From the NCBI GenBank assembly GCA_963668625.2, contig CAXXKA010000008.1:416001-480000 (forward strand): a stretch of 64,000 nucleotides of DNA, written 5' to 3'. Under the pieces are notes generated by a model. The model saw only the letters and a list, made by a program, of their open reading frames with translations, was not told the DNA's origin and made no database searches. This DNA is from an uncultured candidate division Zixibacteria bacterium (GTDB lineage Bacteria; Zixibacteria; MSB-5A5; UBA10806; 4484-95). A program made the position numbers and the translations under genes. Position 1 is the first letter of the stretch. Each line of letters opens with the position of its first letter. This document shows, piece after piece, positions 28,792 to 37,605 of this stretch.

Positions 28792-29937
28792 TTATATATA
28801 TTTATCTATATTTTTTATGATTTCTTCGACATGTTCTGTCAATTCAAGGTATGAGTCGGGCATCTTTAAAACTAAATCAATTTTATACGTTCCAGAGGGA
28901 TTAGCCCGCTCAAGGGGTTTGGACATTTCTTTTGGAATCTTTTCTATCTGTTCAATAAAGGAGAGGGCTAAACCTGTCAGTTTCGCTTTAATAGAACTCA
29001 TTTTATCAGGTGGATAAGTAGAACTAAATTCTATTTCAAAATCAAGAATATTATCGCAGATATTAATTATGTTGTCTATCGAATCACGAATTACTATCGG
29101 ATCACCTGATTGGCCATTGCTCCCCCATGAGTCAGGAAGAGTCACTTCTATATTATGTTTTAGTATATTTACAAGACTTTCAAAGTCAACGAATCTATCT
29201 TTCAGATAGTTCAGGTAAGCAAGCAAATCCAATGATTTTGCTTTTGAAAAAATATGTCCAGCATTGTAATTTTTTTGTTTGTTTTTTATTTTCTCTAGCT
29301 TTGATTCAAACAGTTCAATTGTTAATAAATACTCCCACAAATCAGGTTTATCTTTCGCGATAGATTGAGCCCTTGCTGACTCGTTGTTAAGTTCAATTAA
29401 AGGTTTTAATTTTCCTTCGTTCTTTTGGTCGATGAGATATTTTAGGAAGTGAGAAAGTTGATTCTTGAGAATATTGATGATATCATTTGAGCTTTCGAAT
29501 TTGAATATCCACTTTTGTTCATTTTTGATGTTTTTAATAAATTCAAATAACTTTGTATCATCGACATGACTGGAAAAATCTGAGCCAGGGTTGTTCTCCC
29601 ACATCGGTAATATATCTAGAATCGATTTTTTTACGAATACGAATGAATCAATACCTTTATCTTTTGACGTGTTATATTCTAAATTTGTAATCGAAATTTT
29701 TGACTCAGGATCAAGCGAGCCGCGCTTTCCTCCAATAATCAAAACAAGAATATCAGCTTCATTATATACGTTTCTTTTACAATTATCTATTGTATTTACG
29801 TCAGGGATTACAGGAAACGAATCGAATTCACTAAGTATTGGTTCATGTCCTAAGCCTTCAATACAATCTTTTAAATTTTCTCTTACTTGAGAAAGATCAT
29901 AATACGTTGAACTTATAAATATCTTTGTTTTACTCAT
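28792..29937 (-). CDS. DUF4062 domain protein
   Basis: KIFISSTYYDL..VRE, ADILVLIIGGKRGS, SITNLEY; ATG 29937 with GGAGG RBS; AT-rich. Confidence 0.85.
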   Translation of the reverse strand: MSKTKIFISSTYYDLSQVRENLKDCIEGLGHEPILSEFDSFPVIPDVNTIDNCKRNVYNEADILVLIIGGKRGSLDPESKISITNLEYNTSKDKGIDSFVFVKKSILDILPMWENNPGSDFSSHVDDTKLFEFIKNIKNEQKWIFKFESSNDIINILKNQLSHFLKYLIDQKNEGKLKPLIELNNESARAQSIAKDKPDLWEYLLTIELFESKLEKIKNKQKNYNAGHIFSKAKSLDLLAYLNYLKDRFVDFESLVNILKHNIEVTLPDSWGSNGQSGDPIVIRDSIDNIINICDNILDFEIEFSSTYPPDKMSSIKAKLTGLALSFIEQIEKIPKEMSKPLERANPSGTYKIDLVLKMPDSYLELTEHVEEIIKNIDKYI

Positions 29938-30178
29938 ATATCCTCCCAATTTTGATAAAAAATATTTACTCATTTTACTATAAAGTGTCAAGGTTTATTC
30001 ACGCAAGTGCAATTATTTAGTACCATACGAGAAGAATTTTAATAATTCAACTACAGTTCAAGATACTCCAAATACGTAATCTTTCCTTATCTGTCTACCC
30101 CCAAAACAAACACAGCTGTTTATTCCAAATTAAGAGTAATAAGATGAATACACAATACTAGTTATAGAAATGGCGATA

Positions 30179-30643
30179 TTATTTTAAACTACCAGGGAAA
30201 AAGATCTTTTTAAATATTGATATTCTACCCTTAAGGGGCGGGGTTACATTATTAGAATTGGATATTAGCTTAGAAAAATGCTCAAGGCATTTTTCAGCTG
30301 GCCGATTGCTCATTGAAATAAGTATTTTATTAAACTTATTTTCAAGCTCTTCATGTTTTATGCTTAAGTTCTTCAGCTTATAATCTGTGTTATCTAGATA
30401 TTCGTTAGTTATTACGTCTTCTGTTGTCTTATTAAGTTTGTTAATAAGAGCTTGGTTTTTGGGGGAAGTTTTAGAATGCATATCTGTACTATTGTCTTTT
30501 GATTTCAAATTAATTAAATTCTGCAATTTTTTCGTAAAATCACTCATAATCATTCTAATATTAGTTAAATTACTATTAATTTCTTTCATATCGCCTGAGA
30601 TCATATATATGGTATCAATAACTTCTGGTTTTACTTCTGCCAT
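30179..30643 (-). CDS. Hypothetical protein (AT-rich islet)
   Basis: 154-aa ORF, AAGGGG RBS, helical composition. Confidence 0.55.
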   Translation of the reverse strand: MAEVKPEVIDTIYMISGDMKEINSNLTNIRMIMSDFTKKLQNLINLKSKDNSTDMHSKTSPKNQALINKLNKTTEDVITNEYLDNTDYKLKNLSIKHEELENKFNKILISMSNRPAEKCLEHFSKLISNSNNVTPPLKGRISIFKKIFFPGSLK

Positions 30644-30679
30644 GTATGTACCCCTTCATTAGCAGTATTTGAGAAAAGA

Positions 30680-31198
30680 TTATAGATTATCTAGGAGCAT
30701 AATTGTATTGTTAATTACCTTTTTTGTGATTTTGGTTTCTTCCTTAGTTGCCTTTACGGCTTTAGCTAACTCCTTCAAGGCTACTAATAGATCATCTTCT
30801 GTATAGTGTTGCTTAACATCGTCCTTTTTAACAAAAGAATATTTAGATTTTGATATAATATCAGGCATTTCTTTTAACTCTGTTATGTTTAATTTACAAA
30901 TTCCAATATTTGTATCGGCATCGGTTGAATTTAATGAACCATCTTTTTTAAATAGTTCCATATGCCCAATAATTAGTCCATCAATATTCATTGAATTTGC
31001 AATGCTGGAAATTTGATTATGTATTGCTTGATCAATTGATTTCCTTGGGGCTTTATTACCAATTATATACACCGCAAAGTCGTTATCGATTATCTCCGCA
31101 AGATGCGCTTTATAAAAAGCAAAATTCTGTGTATAGCGTTTTGATTCAACTAAGGAACCAATAAGTAACGTATCAATTATATTTTTATTAGTTAGCAC
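30680..31198 (-). CDS. Hypothetical protein (AT-rich islet)
   Basis: 172-aa ORF, GTG start with AAGGTG RBS, co-oriented with neighbours. Confidence 0.55.
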   Translation of the reverse strand: MLTNKNIIDTLLIGSLVESKRYTQNFAFYKAHLAEIIDNDFAVYIIGNKAPRKSIDQAIHNQISSIANSMNIDGLIIGHMELFKKDGSLNSTDADTNIGICKLNITELKEMPDIISKSKYSFVKKDDVKQHYTEDDLLVALKELAKAVKATKEETKITKKVINNTIMLLDNL

Positions 31199-31715
31199 GA
31201 GTACACCTTTTCATTTTAAAAGTTTTGAAGTTTTAGATTACCTATACTCATAAATACAATCGAAGAATTAATATATTCAATTATTACATCCCTCCCTTGT
31301 CATATAAATAAATTATATATAAATACTTCTAATTCTGTTCTGATAAAACTTGATTACTTCAATTTTAAAGCAAGTGACGATAGACAGAATCGATATCTAA
31401 GTCAAGAGAAATATGAAAATGATAACGCAAAACACTGACAGAGTTCTTATGTTTTTTTGTATTACATTAATAGTATATGACTTACGAATTAAGCACATGT
31501 ATCAACTTGAAACGGTTTGAGGCGATTAAAATTTCGTCAGTACGGCGGGGCACGCCTACTCGGAGCATAACTAACCCCCCAAGCCAATCAAACAACATTA
31601 ACATCATTTATAAGCCCAGCCAACCCAGGCACCTAGATCGTCCCGTAGGGATGCTTCAAGGCACAGCGCTCCATCCTTCCGCTCACGATAACACGACTTG
31701 CTAAAGCAAGTCATC

Positions 31716-31885
31716 GCGCGTAGGGGCGTATCGACATACGCCCGGGGCGGTGGGTATGGAAAACCACCTGTAATGCTTATTCCAAGCATACCGCCATGAT
31801 ATCAGATTCCCATTTTCATGGGAATGACATATGCTGTTTTAATGAATGATTAAACATGTGGGCGGCAGACATCCCCGTCTGCCCC
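31716..31885. repeat. Cluster of REP-like palindromes
   Basis: GTAGGGGCGTATCGACATACGCCC (also ~37426, ~18080); GATTCCCATTTTCATGGGAATGAC; GTGGGCGGCAGACATCCCCGTCTGCCC (related to 39967, 42341). Confidence 0.6.
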
Positions 31886-31946
31886 TAGCGCAGAAAAACA
31901 CCGGGACACGGGCATTACCCCATATCCCGGCGCGGAGATACTAAAT

Positions 31947-33008
31947 CTAGAATACGATCAGCGGTTTTATTATGCCGTCATCTTTGGTTTCCATCAGGTG
32001 GAAGGCCTTGTCGACCTCATCGAATGGGAACGTGTGTGTGGTCAGCGGTGAGGGATCGACCTTCTTGTTTTTCAGAAGGCGCATCAAGCGATCCATCCTG
32101 ACCTTGCCGCCGGGACAGAGGCCGGTTTTGATAATCTTGTTGCTCATGCCTACACCCCATTCCAGGCGCGGGATATTGACATAGTCACCCTCGCCGAAAT
32201 AGCCGGCCACCGAGATCACGCCGCCGGGGCAGGTGGCTTTAACGCACGACTCGAACGTGGCCTGTCCACCCAAACATTCGATAGCCGAATCGACACCGAC
32301 TCCATCGGTGAGCGCCATGATCTCCTTGATAGCGTCCTTCTCCTTGAAATTGATCACGACATCGGCGCCCATTTGCTTGGCCGTCTCCAGACGGCCGGGT
32401 ACGCAGTCAACCCCGATGATGAGTCCGGCGCCACGAAGTTTCGCGCCCACTATGGCCATCAAGCCTACAGGTCCGAGCGCGAACACCGCCACTGTGCCGC
32501 CAAGGGGAATATCGGCATTCTCCGCGCCCATGAACCCGGTCGACATCATGTCGGTGGCATACACCGCGATCTCCGGCGGAACGCTATCGGGTATATGCGC
32601 TAAGTTAGCCTGGGCATCATTGACATGAAAATACTCGGCAAAGGTGCCATCCTTGATATTGGCGAATTTCCAGCCACCGAGCATCTCGGTACACTGCGAA
32701 CTGAAACCGCGCAGGCAGTTATCGCATTTGTAGCAGGGGGTGATAGCGTTGATCGCCACCATATCGCCTTCTTTGAAACCCTTAACCTGGTCGCCCAGCT
32801 TATGGATCTTGCCAACTGCTTCGTGGCCAAGCGTTAAATTTTTGCGATTACCAATCGCGCCTTTTACGGTATGAACATCCGAGGTGCAAACCAACCCGTG
32901 GGTTGCCTTGATTATGGCATCGTTTGGCCCCGGCTGGGGAATTTCTTTTTCGGCGAAACCGACTTCACCGATTTGTTTCATAACGAATGCCTTCATTTTA
33001 GCACTCAT
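31947..33008 (-). CDS. Zn-dependent NAD(P) secondary alcohol dehydrogenase
   Basis: CTSDVH, GHEAVG, GGWKFANIKDG, TDMMSTGF, GPVGL, EWGVGM, LCPGG..RM resemble clostridial NADP-dependent ADH. Confidence 0.92.
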   Translation of the reverse strand: MSAKMKAFVMKQIGEVGFAEKEIPQPGPNDAIIKATHGLVCTSDVHTVKGAIGNRKNLTLGHEAVGKIHKLGDQVKGFKEGDMVAINAITPCYKCDNCLRGFSSQCTEMLGGWKFANIKDGTFAEYFHVNDAQANLAHIPDSVPPEIAVYATDMMSTGFMGAENADIPLGGTVAVFALGPVGLMAIVGAKLRGAGLIIGVDCVPGRLETAKQMGADVVINFKEKDAIKEIMALTDGVGVDSAIECLGGQATFESCVKATCPGGVISVAGYFGEGDYVNIPRLEWGVGMSNKIIKTGLCPGGKVRMDRLMRLLKNKKVDPSPLTTHTFPFDEVDKAFHLMETKDDGIIKPLIVF

Positions 33009-33524
33009 TATGTCCTCCAATAGTTTTATTAGTGATTATATAATACCCGTCCCGACCGTGGAACAGGTGTGGTATTTTGATTTCGTACTTATCCAAGAGT
33101 CCCCCATAAAACCCTTTTTTAAAGCCGCCTGAATAAAGGAATTTAAAAATAGATGTCAAGTTAAATCGGATGGTTTTTTATCAGTATTTTTCTGATGTAA
33201 CGGAGGCGGATAAATCCGGGATACATAATACTGGAAATTGAGAAAATACCTGCTCAGGGTTGGTTTTTGGGATGATTTCTTCGAGTGAAAATCCAAACGA
33301 GCGGAGCGAAGTAATCCGTATGTTTATTGCCAATGGCTTACAGATCGCTTCGTTTGTTTCACTACCTCGCTATGACATCGATGATGACTTCTTCAACAAT
33401 CCTTTCTGCGAGAATACATTAAGAAACCTTTCCGCCTAACAATATCATTGACAGTTGTAAATGGTTATACGATATAATCACATAATGAGACGAAGGTATA
33501 AAGAATCTAAAATATTTAGTAGCG

Positions 33525-34331
33525 ATGTTCAAACTTAAATCATTTATGACTATTCTCGCAATCATCATAGTGGGCGGCTACCTGGGTATCACCCTCGAGA
33601 TGTACCTTCTGCAGGATAGACTCATCTTCTTCCCGCAGAAACTCACCCCTACCTCATTGCCTGTTATCAGTTTCAAGGCGGATGAGATCATGATGGAAAG
33701 CAATAGCGTAACTCTTCACGGCTGGTTGCTAAACAGGGGAGAGGCTAAGCTTATCATCTACTACGGCGGCAACGGTGATGAGCTATCGCACAACATCCCC
33801 GACCTGAACAATATCGAGGGCTACTCCATCCTGCTATTGAACTACCGAGGCTATGGCCTAAGCGAGGGCAAGCCGGGCGAGGCGGCACTTTTTGAGGATG
33901 CGCTAAACGCGTATGATCATATCACGGCTAAGTTAAATATCGCGCCGGAGCATATCGTTCTTATGGGTAGAAGTCTCGGCAGCGGTGTGGCAACCTATGT
34001 CGCCTCGCAAAGGCCGGTATCGAAACTGATACTGGTAACGCCGTTCGATAGTGTCGAGCGTATCGCCAAAAACCAGTTCCCGATACTCCCCGTTGGCCTG
34101 ATACTAAAGCACAGGTTCAACTCGCTCGAATACGCGAAGAGTATAACCTGCCCGGCGCTTTTCATAATAGCCGGCGGTGATAGAACCATCCCCAACAGCC
34201 ACTCGATGAACCTGGCCAACAACTGGCGTGGTGAACACGAGGTAGTGAGAATCGATCAGGCAGATCATAACGATATATCAGATTATGAGGAATACTGGCA
34301 GGCGATTGAACATTTTTTGAATAGAATGTAA
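33525..34331 (+). CDS. Alpha/beta hydrolase (ABHD13/17-like)
   Basis: YYGGNG, NYRGYG.SEG, GRSLG nucleophile, D..IP, HND. Confidence 0.92.
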   Translation: MFKLKSFMTILAIIIVGGYLGITLEMYLLQDRLIFFPQKLTPTSLPVISFKADEIMMESNSVTLHGWLLNRGEAKLIIYYGGNGDELSHNIPDLNNIEGYSILLLNYRGYGLSEGKPGEAALFEDALNAYDHITAKLNIAPEHIVLMGRSLGSGVATYVASQRPVSKLILVTPFDSVERIAKNQFPILPVGLILKHRFNSLEYAKSITCPALFIIAGGDRTIPNSHSMNLANNWRGEHEVVRIDQADHNDISDYEEYWQAIEHFLNRM

Positions 34332-34412
34332 TTATTGAAATAATATGACCGGGAGTTGTTCTTGTCTGTTGAATTCATCGCCTGGCATCTGCCTCTCAGA
34401 GGCATATATGGA

Positions 34413-34590
34413 GAGGCTGTCCCAAAAGCCGTTATGAATCTTTGTTCCAATTGATATTTTATCTTTTCGTAGCGACAGATCACTGATCTGTTCGAATCCC
34501 CCGCTTAGAACAGGCCCCCTATCCCCCCGGACAGCACTGGTGTGATTGTCCCTACATCCGCCCAACGTAAAAAACCTTTGGGACAGCCTC
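34413..34590. mobile_element. 178-bp MITE with IS1182-like terminal inverted repeats
   Basis: GAGGCTGTCCCAAAAG ... CCTTTGGGACAGCCTC; no transposase; flanks TGGA/AGGA. Confidence 0.65.
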
Positions 34591-34872
34591 AGGACGCGTG
34601 CCTCCCATAAATAGAATTCAGCATTTAGTATTGATAATACTTGAATATTTGTCAGCTTGCGGTTTATTATTATTGGAGGAGGTGATGGCGCTCAGCAGGT
34701 ATAACAGGCCTATCGGTGACGGGGATAATATGGAGGCTGTAATACTTGTATGGTCACGGGGAGTAAAATATCCCCAACGACTTCTAAATCCTCCCGCTTT
34801 TTTACTTGCGCTCGGGGATTTAATACCTATATTGGAAATCTGTTTTTGGAATAAAAATGTAGGTAAAATGAG

Positions 34873-35028
34873 ATGAAAAGAACCTTTCAACCATCAAATA
34901 GAAAACGGGTCAACGATCACGGTTTTCGCAAACGTATGTCGACTAAGGCCGGCCGTAACGTATTGAAGAGACGTCGTGCCAAAGGACGAAAAAGACTTAC
35001 AGTCTCCGACGAACCGCGCCATCCGTAG
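34873..35028 (+). CDS. rpmH: 50S ribosomal protein L34 (not in ORF track)
   Basis: [51 protein letters not shown]. Confidence 0.98.
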   Translation: MKRTFQPSNRKRVNDHGFRKRMSTKAGRNVLKRRRAKGRKRLTVSDEPRHP

Positions 35029-35362
35029 TAACGCATCCGATCTGAGGTTCCCCCGCGCTAACCATCTGAAGGGCAGAACCGCTATTCGCCAGACTATTGT
35101 CAAAGGCGTGCGTTACCGCGGAAAATGGCTAGGTGTGTCAGCCATCAAGGGGGAGACATCCAGGTTTGGTATTAGTATATCCCGGAAATTCGGCAAAGCG
35201 GTCAGACGAAATCGCGTGAAACGAATTATACGGGAATTTCTGCGGAACAACAAGGCGCTCTGGCCGGTAAACAGGTGGATAATGATCAGATTATTCTCCG
35301 ATCCGGCGGATGAAACCGTGATAACCGAGGAACTGAGGGCTTTACTGTCGAAGGTGAAATGA
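34976..35362 (+). CDS. rnpA: Ribonuclease P protein component (true start uncertain)
   Basis: [28 protein letters not shown] motif; follows rpmH. Confidence 0.93.
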   Translation: MPKDEKDLQSPTNRAIRSNASDLRFPRANHLKGRTAIRQTIVKGVRYRGKWLGVSAIKGETSRFGISISRKFGKAVRRNRVKRIIREFLRNNKALWPVNRWIMIRLFSDPADETVITEELRALLSKVK

Positions 35363-35583
35363 TAGCTGTACTGTCAAAGATACTGGCCGGGTTAGTCCGG
35401 ATTTATCAGCTTACCTTGAGCCACGCGTTCCCGAATAGCTGCCGCTATTACCCGTCATGCTCCGAATATACCCGTCAGGCTATACTGATTAAAGGCCCGG
35501 TAAAGGGCATCGGTATGGGCGCCTGGCGCATCCTCAGATGCAATCCCTGGAGCAAGGGCGGCTACGACCCGGTAGAGAAGTAG
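35359..35583 (+). CDS. yidD: Membrane protein insertion efficiency factor YidD
   Basis: CRYYPSCSEY, RILRCNPWSKGGYDPV. Confidence 0.95.
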   Translation: MIAVLSKILAGLVRIYQLTLSHAFPNSCRYYPSCSEYTRQAILIKGPVKGIGMGAWRILRCNPWSKGGYDPVEK

Positions 35584-35587
35584 GTAT

Positions 35588-37318
35588 ATGGATAAAAGAT
35601 CGATAATGGGATTCCTCCTGATTATGGTCATTCTTATTTTATGGCCATATTGGAATAAGCTGTTTTTCAAGGATGATCCTCAGCCGGTGCAAACCGTGCA
35701 ATCAACCGATAGCACGGAAGTTGCCGACAGGACACTGTCAACCGACACGATGCCGGAAAGCCCGATAGTCAACCCGAATGCCAAACCCTCAACGATGGGC
35801 GAGGTTGAACCTGATAAACAGGCCTCAATGGTTGCGCCGGCAAGCAGGCCCGAAAAAGCTGTCACTGTCGAAAACGAGGATTTCATCGTGACAATGTCCT
35901 CTAACGGCGGATTGATTAAGTCCATTAAATTGAAAAACTATTTTATAGAAAACGGCACGGACGGCGATAACCTGGTCGAACTGTTGGCCCCGGAGGAGCG
36001 TAATCCGTGGAATGTCCCGGGTGCGATTACACTCGGTGATGAAGACAGAATCCTGCCGATAAATAGAACCGGGTTCGAGGTTGAGGGCTACTCTACTGTT
36101 CTTCATGTGGGTGATTCGCCGAAAACCATATCATTTACGTTTAGCGATTCAGCTACCGGCGCGATGGTACGAAAAGATTACACGTTCCAGCCGGAAAAAT
36201 ACCAGATTAAGTTCAGGCTGACAGTCGAAAATCCAGCAGCATTCGGCTTTGATGATAAAATCACTGTTGGCTGGATGGTACCGAGCTGGCCCACTGAGAA
36301 AGATTTCAAAGGTGATCTAGATCAGTTCGGCGGTTTCTACAATATGGGCGGCGAGGTTGTTGACAATAAAGATTTAAAAGAAGGCAAGCTGGATTTAGCA
36401 GCCACAGGCGCTACGGAGTGGGTGGCAAATCGCACCAAGTATTTCACCAATGTTATTGTCGCTCAGGGCGATCCGGGTGATGAGATATATGTAAAGGGCG
36501 CACAGTCGAAAGTATTTGATTACGAGGGTAAAAGCCATAGCTGGGAGCAGTACGGTGTCGGCCTAACTTACGATATCCGCGGGAATTCGTTCCAGGAGGA
36601 TTTCCTGATCTACTCCGGCCCGCTAAATTATTACAGCCTGGATGAGCTGGGGCATAATCTCAGCCAGTTGGTTGATATGGGCTGGAAAGTATTCCGCCCG
36701 TTCGCTATCGGCATACTCTGGATACTGGTCCAGCTTCAGAGCCTGCTGGGTAATTTCGGTGTGGTGATTATCATATTCTCGCTGGTGATGAAAATAGTGT
36801 TCTGGCCGCTTACTCAGAAAAGCTCCCGGTCAATGATGCAGATGAAGGAGCTTCAGCCGAAGTTATCGGAAGTTAAAGAAAAATTCAGCAAGGATCCCAA
36901 GCGCCTCAACGAGGAGACCATGAAGATATACAAAGAACATGGTTTCAACCCGTTCGGTTCGTGCTTACCCATACTCGTTCAAATGCCGATTTTCTGGGCG
37001 TTGTTTTCGGTACTGCGTAACTCGATCGAGCTGCGCGCGGCCGAGTTCGTGTTCTGGATCACCGACCTTTCGCAGAAAGATCCCACCTGGGTGTTACCGA
37101 TATTTATGGGCCTGGCGATGTTCTTCCAGCAGAAAATGACTATCACCGATCCCAAGCAGAAGATGATGGCGTATATCATGCCGGTGGTATTCGTATTTAT
37201 ATTCGGCTCGATGGCCTCCGGGTTGGTCTTGTACTGGACAGTATTCAGCGTAGTAGGCGTAGGCGAGCAGATACTGGTAAAGCGCAAGATGGAAAGAGAG
37301 AAGCTGGCAAAAGCCTGA
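35588..37318 (+). CDS. yidC: Membrane protein insertase YidC
   Basis: Large periplasmic domain; GNFGVVII, LQPKL, GSCLPILVQMPIF, WITDLS.KDP, GLVLYW. Confidence 0.97.
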   Translation: MDKRSIMGFLLIMVILILWPYWNKLFFKDDPQPVQTVQSTDSTEVADRTLSTDTMPESPIVNPNAKPSTMGEVEPDKQASMVAPASRPEKAVTVENEDFIVTMSSNGGLIKSIKLKNYFIENGTDGDNLVELLAPEERNPWNVPGAITLGDEDRILPINRTGFEVEGYSTVLHVGDSPKTISFTFSDSATGAMVRKDYTFQPEKYQIKFRLTVENPAAFGFDDKITVGWMVPSWPTEKDFKGDLDQFGGFYNMGGEVVDNKDLKEGKLDLAATGATEWVANRTKYFTNVIVAQGDPGDEIYVKGAQSKVFDYEGKSHSWEQYGVGLTYDIRGNSFQEDFLIYSGPLNYYSLDELGHNLSQLVDMGWKVFRPFAIGILWILVQLQSLLGNFGVVIIIFSLVMKIVFWPLTQKSSRSMMQMKELQPKLSEVKEKFSKDPKRLNEETMKIYKEHGFNPFGSCLPILVQMPIFWALFSVLRNSIELRAAEFVFWITDLSQKDPTWVLPIFMGLAMFFQQKMTITDPKQKMMAYIMPVVFVFIFGSMASGLVLYWTVFSVVGVGEQILVKRKMEREKLAKA

Positions 37319-37375
37319 GAATGCGAATAGTATAGGAATCGATTTAGTTCGATATAGAAATAGATAGAGAAGTTT

Positions 37376-37407
37376 AAAAATCCCCGAGCCATCGGGGATT
37401 TTTTTTA
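37376..37407 (+). terminator. Rho-independent terminator after yidC
   Basis: AAAAATCCCCGA-GCCA-TCGGGGATTTTTTTT. Confidence 0.85.
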
Positions 37408-37605
37408 TGGGTGATGGAATGGCGCGTAGGGGCGTATCGACATACGCTTGGGGATTGGGGAAAGGAGGGATATCAATTCCAGTACGCCTCCATAAATTGT
37501 TTTGCTACGAAGTATTTGACAAAAGCGCATGTCTTGACTATTATGAAATGAGTATCTGATAAAATTAAGCATCAATCTGATAGTAGAGCATCGTTAGGGG
37601 CTAAG

